NCBI GenBank assembly: GCA_965198225.1
Contig: CBDAOY010000009.1
Span: forward strand, 1,234,540-1,298,539
Direction: 5' to 3'
From: Terriglobia bacterium
GTDB lineage: Bacteria; Acidobacteriota; Terriglobia; 20CM-2-55-15
Length of the DNA stretch: 64,000 nucleotides
The notes under the pieces are model-generated. The model did no database searches. It was not told the DNA's origin and saw only the letters and a program-made list of their open reading frames with translations. Below, piece after piece: positions 1 through 9,966 of this stretch (the stretch's first letter is position 1; the number at the start of each line of letters is the position of its first letter). A program made the translations under genes and the position numbers.

Positions 1-522
1 TCTTTCGATTTCCCCCAAATCGATCTGAAGCAACTCACCGACGACGCCGACGTAGAGCATGTTCGCCAGCAGTTTGCGGAGGCGAGAATCCTTGGCGAGG
101 TCAGTCGCCAGCTTCGCGAACGGTACGGGATAGAAGACAAGATCGTCGCGCAGGGATGACAGATTCAGCTTCTCTTCGTACACCACGACCCGTCCCGGTT
201 CCAGATCCTTGACGTCCTCTTCGGCTGTCTGGGGATTCATGGCGACTAGAAAATCGAGTTTCTTGCGGCGTGCCGTCCAACCGTCCTTGTTTGCCCGGAT
301 TGTGAACCAGGTCGGAAGACCTGCAATGTTGGAGGGAAATAAGTTCTTACCGCTGACAGGGATCCCCATCTGGAAGATCGATCGCATCAGGACCGAGTTG
401 GCCGACTGACTGCCCGAGCCGTTTACAGTCGCCACCTGAATGCTGAAATCGTTTAGGACAGGGCCCCCTCCTTCTCCGTTCTCGTCGTCAACAACCGCTG
501 CCTGAGGGGCTTGCTGTGACAC
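1..522 (-). CDS. 2-oxoacid:acceptor (ferredoxin) oxidoreductase alpha subunit, N-terminal part (runs off the window start)
   Basis: Not in the ORF track. GTG at 522 after GGAAAGGAG; translation NDFSIQVATVNGSGSQSANSVLMRSIFQMGIPVSGKNLFPSNIAGLPTWFTIR is typical of KorA/PorA-like alpha subunits; frame open to base 1. Confidence 0.9.
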   Translation of the reverse strand, partial: MSQQAPQAAVVDDENGEGGGPVLNDFSIQVATVNGSGSQSANSVLMRSIFQMGIPVSGKNLFPSNIAGLPTWFTIRANKDGWTARRKKLDFLVAMNPQTAEEDVKDLEPGRVVVYEEKLNLSSLRDDLVFYPVPFAKLATDLAKDSRLRKLLANMLYVGVVGELLQIDLGEIER

Positions 523-753
523 GTGTTCTCCTTTCCCGCGCCTGGAGTCGTGACCTGGGTTAGGGGAACTCTTCGGCACCCCACCCAAACAGCTAACTAT
601 AACATGAAATACCTGCGTGTACAGGACGTTGGTTTAGGCGTTTAGGACCTTTTAAGGTCCCTGAATCAGGGGCTTTGGGCCGTTTTCGAAGTCGCCTTCG
701 ATCGGTGGGAAGCAGCGGCCGGAACTGCGGCTGGAATGTCCCGGCGTCCTCAA

Positions 754-827
<74 letters not shown>

Positions 828-920
828 AAATACTTCGCACATCTCAGGACACAAGTATATCGCCTTTCTATTCTTCCTCTCTGGCCGCCGTTCGGGTCCT
901 GTTCTGGCTGGACCACTGGT

Positions 921-948
921 GAAACTTTCCGTGAGGTTTTGCGTCTAA
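921..948 (+). promoter_or_regulatory. ECF-sigma-like promoter (GAAACTT-N15-GTCTAA)
   Basis: GAAACTTTCCGTGAGGTTTTGCGTCTAA about 40 bp before the ATG at 990; the same geometry recurs at 13517 and 27349. Confidence 0.5.
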
Positions 949-989
949 GCGCTCATGGTCTTTGCCTATCAATTCCTCGGGAGGGGGCG

Positions 990-1841
990 ATGAATACAAT
1001 CATCAGACACGTTTTCTTGCTGGCCGTCCTCATGTCACTGGCCGCGACCGGCTTTTCCGACACACTGGTCCTGAAGGGTGGCGAGACGATCACAGGCTAT
1101 TACGAAGGGGGAACCGCCAGGGTGATCCGCTTCCGGACCGAAGACGGCGTCAAGGAGTACGACCTGCTTTCCGTGCCCCGGATCCAGTTTGGAGACGAGC
1201 CGGTCAGCCTGGCCGTTGAGCCGGGAGTTCGGGAGCCGGAACCCATTGACGCCGAAGAACCCGATGTTCGCTTGCGAACCAGGGAGGAAGGCCCCGTCGT
1301 ACCCACTTCGACGGCCGCTGCAGAACCCGCCTACACCGTACCCACCGGATCGGCTCTCCTGGTTCGGATGATCGACAGCATCGACAGCGAGGTCGACAAG
1401 GTGGGCCAGACGTTTACCGCAACGCTGGCCGATCCGCTCGTGATCGAGGGTGTTGAAGTGGCCGCTCGTGGTTCGGACCTGAGGGGCCGGATCACGGAGG
1501 TCGAGGACGCCGGGAGAGTTCGGGGATCCGCGGAATTGCGCCTGGAGCTGACGCAGATCGTCGTCAACGGCATTCCATATGCACTCACGACAGCCGAGTA
1601 TCAGGAGGTTGGTGAGGGCCGCGGTGAAGAGACCGCCAGCCGCATGGGTAAGGCGGCGGGAGTCGGAGCCCTGATCGGTTTGATTGCCGGTGGCGGGAAA
1701 GGTGCGGCCATCGGGGCCGGAGTCGGCGCGGGCGCGGCCGGCGTGGTCCAGGTGATGACGAAGGGCGAGCAGCTGTACATTCCAGCCGAGACGCTGCTGG
1801 AGTTTACGATCCGCGAACCACTGGTAATCGCTTCAAAGTAG
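990..1841 (+). CDS. Exported hypothetical protein with TrbI/VirB10-like C-terminal domain and glycine zipper
   Basis: ATG at 990 after GAGGGGG; signal peptide; VPTGSALLVRMIDSIDS...FTATLADPLVIEG and GAAIGAGVGAGAAG pattern. The upstream part of ORF 675 overlaps the tRNA and is excluded. Confidence 0.7.
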   Translation: MNTIIRHVFLLAVLMSLAATGFSDTLVLKGGETITGYYEGGTARVIRFRTEDGVKEYDLLSVPRIQFGDEPVSLAVEPGVREPEPIDAEEPDVRLRTREEGPVVPTSTAAAEPAYTVPTGSALLVRMIDSIDSEVDKVGQTFTATLADPLVIEGVEVAARGSDLRGRITEVEDAGRVRGSAELRLELTQIVVNGIPYALTTAEYQEVGEGRGEETASRMGKAAGVGALIGLIAGGGKGAAIGAGVGAGAAGVVQVMTKGEQLYIPAETLLEFTIREPLVIASK

Positions 1842-1851
1842 GGTTGATCAC

Positions 1852-2048
1852 GTGTAGGTGCGGTCTATGACCGCACAACTGGTGGGTCCGCTCTTCGTTC
1901 GTAAGGTTCTGCTGATCCAACACCCGGGGACGGGGCAAGCCCCGTCCCCCTCACAGTGGCTCTCTCACGGACCGGGTCGCCTGGGCTATTCCGCTTCCTT
2001 CGCATTCGTCGAACCCGAAAAATGTGCGGTCATAGACCGCACCTACAC
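1852..2048. repeat. Inverted pair of GTAG-family REPs (1852-1876, 2024-2048) enclosing a second palindrome type (1921-1954)
   Basis: GTGTAGGTGCGGTCTATGACCGCAC and its reverse complement; inner GGGGACGGGGCAAGCCCCGTCCCC hairpin. Confidence 0.9.
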
Positions 2049-3215
2049 TTCCTCCCCGACTTCTCCCCGGTTGAGCCTCTTGAAGAGAGTGGGGAACAGC
2101 AGTCCCGATACGACGGCCATGAGGATTACCGTCGCACTTTCCGCTTCGGTCAATGCCCCAAGTTCCAGACCCAGCGTGGCGATCGCCACCAGCAGCGTCA
2201 GGGGTGTGGCCAGGAGCAGTGAAGCTCCGGCGAGCTGTCTCAACCCGAAGTGTTCGAGACGAAGGAGGGCGCAAGCCGCAGCCTTGACTAACAGGGACAA
2301 CACGAGGATCTCCATGAGCAGCGGCAGTATTCCGGGACTCCTCAAGGCCGCCAAATTGAAACTGACTCCGACGTGGATGAAGAAGATCGGGATAAAGAAG
2401 CCCTGACCGATCCCTGCCATCTTCGTTTCCAGCCCACCCTTCTCGCGGAAAACGAAGGAGAACAGAGCGCCGGCGAGGAACGCGCCCAGGATGGCTTCCA
2501 TGCCGAGCAGTTCGGAAATCGCGACGAAGGCGATCATCAGGGCCAGGCCGGCCCGAACCCCGACTTCTGACGGATCCTCGATCTCGATCCACCTCGAGAA
2601 CTGAGCCGGATACCACCACACGAGCAGCCGCAGGAACATCAGGACCAGGTAGGCGAGCGCAAAGACAGCCCCCAGCCGCACCACTTCCTCGAGGAATTCG
2701 AGCCCGAGGCCGAACCGGAAGACGATGTTATAGAACGTCGCGATTACGATCGTCAGGAACTCTCCAACGGATCCGACGAGTATGACGGTCTGTCCAAAAT
2801 CCGAACGCGCCATTCCGGTTTCCCGCAGACATACGAGGACGATTCCGATCGAGGTTGCCCCCAGGACGATCGCGAAGAAGAGCGAGCGGCCCTGCTGGTA
2901 GGCGGCCAGGAAAGCCAATCCCATGATGACCCCTGCGACCAGGACGCTGATGAACAACAGTCGGGGCCCGCGACGTTCGAGGCTCGTGAAATCCAGTTCG
3001 AGCCCGGCGAGGAACATGAGAAAGGCGAAACCGAATTCTGCGATGAAGCTGAAGAACTCGGTTTCGGTCACGATCCCGAGGAGGTAGGGACCGACGAGGA
3101 TGCCGAAGACGATCTCGCCGACGGCGGCCGGAACACCGAGGCGTCCGCTGAGGAGCGGTACAAGAAACGCACCGATCGCTATCACCAGGAGTGTGATGGC
3201 TTGGGAGGCTTCCAT
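2043..3215 (-). CDS. Cation:proton antiporter (CPA2, KefB/NapA-like)
   Basis: ATG at 3215; many TM helices; PAAVGEIVFGILVGP, LMFLAGLE, ILGAFLAG, GFFIPIFF motifs. Confidence 0.9.
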   Translation of the reverse strand: MEASQAITLLVIAIGAFLVPLLSGRLGVPAAVGEIVFGILVGPYLLGIVTETEFFSFIAEFGFAFLMFLAGLELDFTSLERRGPRLLFISVLVAGVIMGLAFLAAYQQGRSLFFAIVLGATSIGIVLVCLRETGMARSDFGQTVILVGSVGEFLTIVIATFYNIVFRFGLGLEFLEEVVRLGAVFALAYLVLMFLRLLVWWYPAQFSRWIEIEDPSEVGVRAGLALMIAFVAISELLGMEAILGAFLAGALFSFVFREKGGLETKMAGIGQGFFIPIFFIHVGVSFNLAALRSPGILPLLMEILVLSLLVKAAACALLRLEHFGLRQLAGASLLLATPLTLLVAIATLGLELGALTEAESATVILMAVVSGLLFPTLFKRLNRGEVGEEV

Positions 3216-3216
3216 G

Positions 3217-4674
3217 CTATATCGGCAGGACGAAGGTCGTGATCGGGGATCGCCGCAGGAGATGCTGGCTCGCGTCCGGGTTGAAGAACGACGGTTTCCG
3301 GTTCTTGGAGTGTGAGACAACCATCATCTGGTAGTCCGGGCAGAGATCGAGGACCTCCTCGATCGGGTTGCCTTCCAGGTGGACCTGTTCGACGTCCAGG
3401 TGGTAGAGGCTGGCCAGGTGGGTGACCTTCTCGAGCGCGGCCTTCTGATCTTCGATCGTCGCGGCGCCGACGACGAAGCGGGGCGCCGACACGGTAACCG
3501 CCGTGACCTCTGCCCTGTGCATCCTGGCCAGATCGAAAGCCAGCCGTGCGACCTGCATCGAGGATTCCGAGTCGGTGACCGGGAGCAGGACCTTTCGGTA
3601 CGGGTAGGTTCCCCGCAGTACTGCCAGCGGTGACTCCATCTGCTTGAAGATTTCGGCCATTGCCGTCCTTCGGAGCCCGATTCGCTCGAGGAATCGGAAG
3701 CGGTCGTCGGGGACGACAAGGAAGCCGCAATCTTTCGGCACTACGTGTTTCGCGGTGACGTCGCCGTAGTTGCCGAAGACCGCGACGGTCGATGCGTCGA
3801 TTCGATGGTCGGTGCTGACCCGCTCCACGGCCGACTGGATTCCAGGCTCATGGGGCCAGTAGAGGACTTCTACCCCCCTTGCCCGGCTGTGGTCGAGGAT
3901 GTAGCGGAGTTCGCCGACGATATCCTCGAAGTCCGACGAGCTCTCGGTGAGCACCAGGATGTTGGACCCGAACTCGAGCGGGAACTCAGGCTCGCCGATC
4001 CGAAAATACTCGGCAATGGAAGGGAGAATCTCGGGTTCGCCAATCAGGATGACCCGGTCATCCTGTTCGATTCGCGTGGGACCGCTTGGAACGACGAGCT
4101 TCTCGTCCCTGTAGATCGCGCCAACATTCCATCGGCGGGATCGGACTGACGACAAGGCCCGCCCGATCATCGGAGAAGAGGGGAGGACGCGCACCTCGAC
4201 GACCTCGCCCCGACCTTCACCCGTGCTCAACGACGTTCCGACACCATGTAGAACCCGGTTTTCGAGGCTGACGGCCGCGGCGTAGGAGGGGGTGACAAAG
4301 TCGATGCCGGCTTCCCGGTATCGTTCCCGCTGTGAGAATTTAGCGACCGCGGCAAAGAGGTTGGACTTCTCAAAATGCTCCCGGGCGAGCCGGCACACCT
4401 CCAGGTTGACGTCGTCGGAGGACGTGACCGCTATGACGTAGTCGACATGCTCGATTCCCGCCCGCTCCAGAATCAGTCTGCTTGTCCCGTCTCCGACGGT
4501 CTTCAGGACTCTTTCCGGATCGACATCTTCACGGATCAGCCCAAGCTTGTTCTTATCCGGATCGACGATGGAAATCCGCCAGGTAGCAACGAGCCGCCGG
4601 AGCAGTTCGCGTCCGGTTGTTCCCGCGCCCACGACCAGCACACGGGGCTCCAACTTGGAATCGGCCAGTTTCAT
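3217..4674 (-). CDS. TrkA-N/TrkA-C (RCK) plus universal-stress-domain regulatory subunit
   Basis: VLVVGAGTTG Rossmann motif, GDGT..ILERAGIE, RCK-C segment (VGAIYRD..LVVP), C-terminal USP-like (KVLLPVTDS...GNPIEEV); abuts the antiporter. Confidence 0.85.
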   Translation of the reverse strand: MKLADSKLEPRVLVVGAGTTGRELLRRLVATWRISIVDPDKNKLGLIREDVDPERVLKTVGDGTSRLILERAGIEHVDYVIAVTSSDDVNLEVCRLAREHFEKSNLFAAVAKFSQRERYREAGIDFVTPSYAAAVSLENRVLHGVGTSLSTGEGRGEVVEVRVLPSSPMIGRALSSVRSRRWNVGAIYRDEKLVVPSGPTRIEQDDRVILIGEPEILPSIAEYFRIGEPEFPLEFGSNILVLTESSSDFEDIVGELRYILDHSRARGVEVLYWPHEPGIQSAVERVSTDHRIDASTVAVFGNYGDVTAKHVVPKDCGFLVVPDDRFRFLERIGLRRTAMAEIFKQMESPLAVLRGTYPYRKVLLPVTDSESSMQVARLAFDLARMHRAEVTAVTVSAPRFVVGAATIEDQKAALEKVTHLASLYHLDVEQVHLEGNPIEEVLDLCPDYQMMVVSHSKNRKPSFFNPDASQHLLRRSPITTFVLPI

Positions 4675-4784
4675 ACGCTACAGGCCGCTGGTTTCCGGCG
4701 AGACGGTGAGAAACCGGCTGACTGTCCCAGCGGCGAGAAACGGCAGCCCGTTCTTGAGTCAGAAGTGGCGTCCGCCTCAGGACA

Positions 4785-5564
4785 CTAGAAGCCTTTGACC
4801 TTTCCGGCCTTCTTGTAGCACTGAAAAACGATATGCCATCCAATCGCGATCACGAGCAGCCAGAAGACCCAATAGTAGTTGTTGGGAATCCCCAGGTTGC
4901 CTCCGGCGAAGAAGGTTGCGTGCTGTCCGATCATTGCCCAGAGCAGCGGCAGAGACATGTACGTGTTGTGCTTCGATCGCAGGCCGGCCAACTTGGGAAG
5001 GGCGGGATCAGGCGCTTCGCCGTTCTTGACGGCCAAGATGATTTTCTGCTGGGCCGGCCAGATCCGGTACCAGACATTGAACGCCATCGCTGTTCCGAAG
5101 AGCGCTCCCGTGTGAATCAGAGTTCCCCGATAGCTGAAGTGGCCGACGTAGTGGAAGAGCGCAACTACGACGGAGAGGAGTATGAAGGAAACGATCACCG
5201 CCACCCGCACGTTGGAGGCGAGGCCGCTCTTCCAGAGGGCGTCGTAGACGAATACCGCGAGAAAGGTGACCGCGATCATGATCAACGGACCGGCCGACCA
5301 TGTGGCGTCGGTTGCGAGCGTCTGCTGTCCATGGTAGTAGACCACCGCCAGCAGCAGCACACCTGTGATCCACGTCCAGGCGGCTCCCCATCGGAACCAG
5401 AACAGCGCCCGCGGCATGAGCTCAGGCACGACGGCTTTCTTGGTCGGGCCGTCAAGCGCCGCCGCCATCGGACCGTTGACCCAGTTGAAGAAGTATAAAT
5501 GTCCAATCCAGATGATTCCGACAAAGACGTGCATCCATCTGAAGAGTGTCTCCAATCCGTTCAT
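4785..5564 (-). CDS. Urate hydroxylase PuuD-family membrane protein (no cytochrome c domain)
   Basis: ATG at 5564 after AAGGAG; RWMHVFVGIIWIGHLYFFN, WFRWGAAWTWITG, NVWYRIWPAQ, RSKHNTY motifs; no CxxCH. Confidence 0.8.
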   Translation of the reverse strand: MNGLETLFRWMHVFVGIIWIGHLYFFNWVNGPMAAALDGPTKKAVVPELMPRALFWFRWGAAWTWITGVLLLAVVYYHGQQTLATDATWSAGPLIMIAVTFLAVFVYDALWKSGLASNVRVAVIVSFILLSVVVALFHYVGHFSYRGTLIHTGALFGTAMAFNVWYRIWPAQQKIILAVKNGEAPDPALPKLAGLRSKHNTYMSLPLLWAMIGQHATFFAGGNLGIPNNYYWVFWLLVIAIGWHIVFQCYKKAGKVKGF

Positions 5565-6045
5565 CGCTAACTCCTTCGGTTCAGAATTCGGGTTCAGAAA
5601 TCCATAAGGAAAGAAACCGGTGGATTCTATCGACGGACTCCCGAAACTGCGAATTGCCTGGCCGAGCTGGAGGTTGATCTGCAGCCTCCCCAGCTCGCAC
5701 GAGAGTAGTAGTGACGCCCTAGCGGCCGCCACAAGTGTCGATGGCGGTTGACGTTACCATATCCCGGGTCAAATTGGAAATGGGGCCCCGCTGGAGTGAG
5801 TTGCGGCTGGTTTTGGATAGCTCGACGGGAGGAATCGGTTGCAAAATCTCTCCCGTTCCGATTGAATGGGACGCATCTCAGGCTACATTGATGAGACTGT
5901 TCTGAAGCGTCGCGTCTTCCCATCAGGCGGTCACCCATGGCGTGGGGGATTTTCCTTGTTGAAGGCGGGGCGCTTCGCCATTTAGATCTCGCGCTATGCG
6001 GCCAGTCCACATCATCTTATAATCCGGCGCGCTCAGGGGGTGCCC

Positions 6046-7068
6046 ATGCCACTTCTGACAACAGTGATCGCCTGCCTCCTGTTTGTGAGCCAGGCCATGG
6101 CACAGAACAGCTCTCCGCTCGAGCGCCTGCTCGAGTCCGAGCTGTCGCGTTTTCCGGCGCGGGCGGGAATCTACGTGAAGCACCTGCAGACAGGGGAAGA
6201 GGCCGGCGTCCGGGCCGCCGAGGCGTTCAACAGCGCCAGCGTGATCAAGATCACGATCATGGCGATGGCGCTCCAGTGGGTGGACGAAGGGAAGCTCGAC
6301 CTGGACGAGCGGGTTGAAGTCACTCCATCGGATTTTCGGGGAGGATCGGGGATATTCCGCAGGCATGACCCCGGACTCAATCCAACCACACGGGATGTGC
6401 TCACCCAGATGATCGCCACGAGCGACAACTCCGCCACGGACATGATGATTACCCGGCTCGGGGGTGTCGATGCCGTCAACGAATGGATCGAAGCCGCCGG
6501 CTATGGAGACACGCGACTCGTACAGACGATCTACGAGATTTTCCGCTCGATTTACGAGCCTCTCGGCCCGGAATACGAAGCTTTGACCCCTGAAGAGCTC
6601 TACGCCATCCAGTCGAACGATCCGTTTTTCACCGAAACCCGGCCGGAGCTAATGGAAAAGTTTAGAAGCGACAGCGGCGGCCGTCGGTTGGGCGTGGAGT
6701 GGCGACAGGGTTACCGGAACAACCCGGAAGGCTGGCTCGGTGTGATGACGCCGGCCGAAACAGGCCGTATCCTCGAAGACATCCAGCAGGGTCGCCTGGC
6801 ATCTGAAAGCGGCACCGCCGAGATGTTGCGGATGTTGCGTCGCCAGCTTTCCGGCGCCCGCCGGCTGCCCCATTACATCAATGTGCCGGTCGGCCACAAG
6901 ACCGGAGATCTCTCCGACGTCGCCAACGACGTCGGCATCATCTACGCGCGCACCGGGCCCGTCGTCGTTGCGGTCTTCACGTCCGAAATCGAGGGTCCCT
7001 ACGCCGAACTCGAAGACCGGATCGGCCGCGTCGCGCAGCGCATCGTGGACTACTTCGACGGAAGATAG
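6046..7068 (+). CDS. Exported class A beta-lactamase-like serine hydrolase
   Basis: Signal peptide; SVIK (SxxK), SDN and HKTG motifs. Confidence 0.85.
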   Translation: MPLLTTVIACLLFVSQAMAQNSSPLERLLESELSRFPARAGIYVKHLQTGEEAGVRAAEAFNSASVIKITIMAMALQWVDEGKLDLDERVEVTPSDFRGGSGIFRRHDPGLNPTTRDVLTQMIATSDNSATDMMITRLGGVDAVNEWIEAAGYGDTRLVQTIYEIFRSIYEPLGPEYEALTPEELYAIQSNDPFFTETRPELMEKFRSDSGGRRLGVEWRQGYRNNPEGWLGVMTPAETGRILEDIQQGRLASESGTAEMLRMLRRQLSGARRLPHYINVPVGHKTGDLSDVANDVGIIYARTGPVVVAVFTSEIEGPYAELEDRIGRVAQRIVDYFDGR

Positions 7069-8427
7069 ATGGAACTGGCACTTCCCGTCATCGTCTTCTT
7101 CCTGCTCGGTATGACCGGAATCGGGGTGTGGCATGCCCGCAAGGTCCGTTCCGCCAGAGATTTCGCCCTTGCCGGGAGGCGAATCGGAGCCCCGGTACTC
7201 GCCGGCACGCTGATCGCGACCTGGATCGGCACCGGTTCGTTGTTCGGCAACAGCGAGTTCACCTACCTGCATGGGGCAGCCGGTTTCTTCCTGCCGCTGT
7301 CGGGGGTCGTGGGGATGCTGATACTGGCTCACCTGGCCCCGCGGGTCCGCGAACTACCAGCATCCAGCGTCCCGCAGATACTTGGCCTGCGATTCGGCCG
7401 GTTGGCGCAGGTCCTCAGTGCGGTCGCGATCATCCTGGCTTATCTGGTGATCGTTTCCTACCAGTACCGTGCGGGCGCGGCTGTTGCGGAAAGAATCTTT
7501 CCCGGTGCCGACCAGGTGATGCTTCGGATCGGCTTCGCGGTCTTCATCATCTTGTATACGGCTCTGGCTGGCTTGATCAGCGTCGCTCTTACCGATGTCG
7601 TCAACGGGATCGTCCTTGGAACAGGTTTGATCGTCGGCCTGGCTCTGGCGTGGAACGGGTGGAATCCTGAACTGCAGCCTTTCGATCCGGCGATGCTTCA
7701 GCTTTCTGGCGGACTGGGGACGCTCGGGTGGATCAACGTGATGCTGCCACCCTTTCTCCTGATCCTGGGTGACGCGAACATGTACCAGCGTTTTCTGGCA
7801 GCCGGATCACCCCAGACTGCCCGCCGGGCGGCGTACGGCGCCTTTGCGGGTCTCCTCGTTCTGGAGAGCGCCATCATCGGCGTGGCTTTCTTCGGCCAGG
7901 TCCTTCTTCCGAGCGCGCCGGCCAACCCCGGTCACGTGATCATCGAGATGGCTTTTACGGTATTCCCACCACTGGTCGGACTGCTGCTTGCGGCGACGGC
8001 GGTGGCCGTTATTGTTTCGACGGCGGACTCCTACCTTCTTGTGTGCTCCACGACGGCCTCGATGGACCTCGGTGGTGGCCTGACGACACCGTTCAAACAG
8101 CGCATCCTCGTGATCGCATTCGGACTGTTTGCGCTCTTGCCGGCCTTCCTGTGGGAAGAGTTCTTGAGCGTTGCGCTCTACGCCTACACGCTCTATGGCG
8201 CCAGCCTGACGCCTGCGATGCTGGCGGCGCTGCTCCGGCCCTCGACCTCCGCCCGTGCGGTGGTTGGCGGGATGATCGCCGGCCTCGGCACCGCACTGGT
8301 CTGGAAGGTCCTGCTCGACGGCGGGCTGCTGGGCGGCGTCTTCGCCGACCTCGACCCGGTTCTCCCCGCGCTGGGAGCGAACGCGGCGGTTTTGTTGATC
8401 CTGGAATGGACCCGCCGGGACGTGTAG
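7069..8427 (+). CDS. Sodium:solute symporter family protein
   Basis: DFALAGR, ATWIGTGS, YTALAGLISVALTD, YQRFLAA, IVSTADS motifs; starts immediately after the upstream stop. Confidence 0.9.
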   Translation: MELALPVIVFFLLGMTGIGVWHARKVRSARDFALAGRRIGAPVLAGTLIATWIGTGSLFGNSEFTYLHGAAGFFLPLSGVVGMLILAHLAPRVRELPASSVPQILGLRFGRLAQVLSAVAIILAYLVIVSYQYRAGAAVAERIFPGADQVMLRIGFAVFIILYTALAGLISVALTDVVNGIVLGTGLIVGLALAWNGWNPELQPFDPAMLQLSGGLGTLGWINVMLPPFLLILGDANMYQRFLAAGSPQTARRAAYGAFAGLLVLESAIIGVAFFGQVLLPSAPANPGHVIIEMAFTVFPPLVGLLLAATAVAVIVSTADSYLLVCSTTASMDLGGGLTTPFKQRILVIAFGLFALLPAFLWEEFLSVALYAYTLYGASLTPAMLAALLRPSTSARAVVGGMIAGLGTALVWKVLLDGGLLGGVFADLDPVLPALGANAAVLLILEWTRRDV

Positions 8428-8469
8428 GCGCGTTCTATCCCAGTACACTTGCGCTTTACAGACGATCTT

Positions 8470-8602
8470 GTGCGCTCATAGAGCGCACCTACACCTGTGG
8501 GGAAGATGGCGTGTGGATTAACGAGGTGTAGGTGCGGTCTATGACCGCACGTTCTTCGGGCCCGCGTCCAAATGGATGTGTAGGTGCGGTCTATGACCGC
8601 AC
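8470..8602. repeat. Cluster of three GTAG-family REPs (8470-8494, 8526-8550, 8578-8602)
   Basis: GTGCGCTCATAGAGCGCACCTACAC and two copies of GTGTAGGTGCGGTCTATGACCGCAC between convergent genes. Confidence 0.9.
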
Positions 8603-8636
8603 GTTCTTCGAGCCGAGATAATGTGCTGGATCGCAG

Positions 8637-9890
8637 CTACATCTGATCATTGAACGACGGCTTGATGACCCACAACATGGCCAGGCCGGGCAGCGCCACG
8701 ATAAAGCTGATGAGAAAGAAAACCGGCCAACCGGTTGCTTCCGCGAGCCTGCCGGACGGTGCGGCCAAGACGTCGCGAGAGACTGCCATCAAGGATGACA
8801 GGAGAGCGTACTGCGTCGCTGTGAAGCGGTGATTGCAGAGGCTCATCAGAAACGCGACGAACGCCGCGGTTCCGAGCCCGACCGAAAAGTATTCGAAGTT
8901 GATGGTACCGACCATCAGCGGGTAGTTCTGTCCCGCCCGGGCCAGCGCGAGGTAGACGAGATTGCTTCCGGCCTGGAACAGACCGAAAACCCACAGGGAA
9001 TTGTAGATCCCCATCCGGCTCAGGAGCGCCCCTCCCACGACGATTCCCAAGATCGTCGCCAGCAGGCCCATGCCGCCCTGGACCGTGCCGACATCGGTCT
9101 GACTGAACCCGGTCTGGAGCAGGAAAGGGGTTGTCATATTGTTCACCAGGGCATCACCCATCCGGTAGACCACGATGAAGCTGAGGATCAGCAACGCGCG
9201 TCGCAGACCGAAGCGCCCGGCGAACTCGAGGAAGGGATCGACTATCGCGGCCTTCAGCGACGACGGCGGCACCCCGGGATCAGCCGGTTCGGGCGTTCGG
9301 AGGGAAGCGAGCAGGCCGATCAGCATGAAGCCAGCCATGATCAGGTACACCGTCGGCCAGGAGATCCTGTCCGCGAGGATGAGTGCGCCCGCACCGGTGA
9401 GGAGCATGGCGACCCGATAGCCCAGGACGTTCACGGCAGCGCCGGCGCCCAGTTCCCGTTCTTCGAGGACGTCGGCGCGGTAGGCGTCGATCGCGATGTC
9501 CTGCGTGGCGCTGAAGAACGCGATCGCAATCGCGACGACGGCCACAACCCTCACCGCATCCGATGGGTCGCCAAGCGACATTGCTGCAATCGAGACGATC
9601 AGGAGAACCTGGGAGCAGGCCATCCATCCGCGTCTTCGCCCCAGGCGAGGCAGGGTGAACCGGTCGAGCAGCGGCGACCAGATGAATTTCAGGGAATAGG
9701 GAAGGGCAACCAGGCTGAATAAGCCGATCGTGGTGAGATCGACTCCCTCAATCGTAAGCCAGGCCTGAAGTGTGCGACTCGTCAGGTAGAGGGGTAGTCC
9801 GGACGAAAAACCGAGCAGGAGGAGGAACACCATCTTGCGGCTCTTGAAAACGGCGAGCAGGGAGGCCTTTTCGCGTGGGCGCGGTGCCAT
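8637..9890 (-). CDS. ampG: AmpG-family muropeptide MFS permease
   Basis: LLGFSSGLP, PYSLKFIWSPLLD, GRRRGW, SATQDIAIDAYR, ATQYALLSS motifs. Confidence 0.93.
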   Translation of the reverse strand: MAPRPREKASLLAVFKSRKMVFLLLLGFSSGLPLYLTSRTLQAWLTIEGVDLTTIGLFSLVALPYSLKFIWSPLLDRFTLPRLGRRRGWMACSQVLLIVSIAAMSLGDPSDAVRVVAVVAIAIAFFSATQDIAIDAYRADVLEERELGAGAAVNVLGYRVAMLLTGAGALILADRISWPTVYLIMAGFMLIGLLASLRTPEPADPGVPPSSLKAAIVDPFLEFAGRFGLRRALLILSFIVVYRMGDALVNNMTTPFLLQTGFSQTDVGTVQGGMGLLATILGIVVGGALLSRMGIYNSLWVFGLFQAGSNLVYLALARAGQNYPLMVGTINFEYFSVGLGTAAFVAFLMSLCNHRFTATQYALLSSLMAVSRDVLAAPSGRLAEATGWPVFFLISFIVALPGLAMLWVIKPSFNDQM

Positions 9891-9910
9891 CGGTGGGACA
9901 TGTTAGCAGA

Positions 9911-9942
9911 AAGAAAACGGGCCCGCCGAAGCGGACCCGGTT
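9911..9942 (-). terminator. Rho-independent terminator after the Hsp20 gene
   Basis: Minus strand CGGGTCCGC-TTCG-GCGGGCCCG followed by TTTTCTT. Confidence 0.75.
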
Positions 9943-9966
9943 GGTAAAGGGTTGGACGATTCGTGA

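Noticed and set aside
6046-9890. Beta-lactam resistance locus
   Set aside because: The class A-like hydrolase is divergent and has no AmpR or mobile context; these families are widespread with non-resistance roles, so resistance cannot be claimed from sequence.
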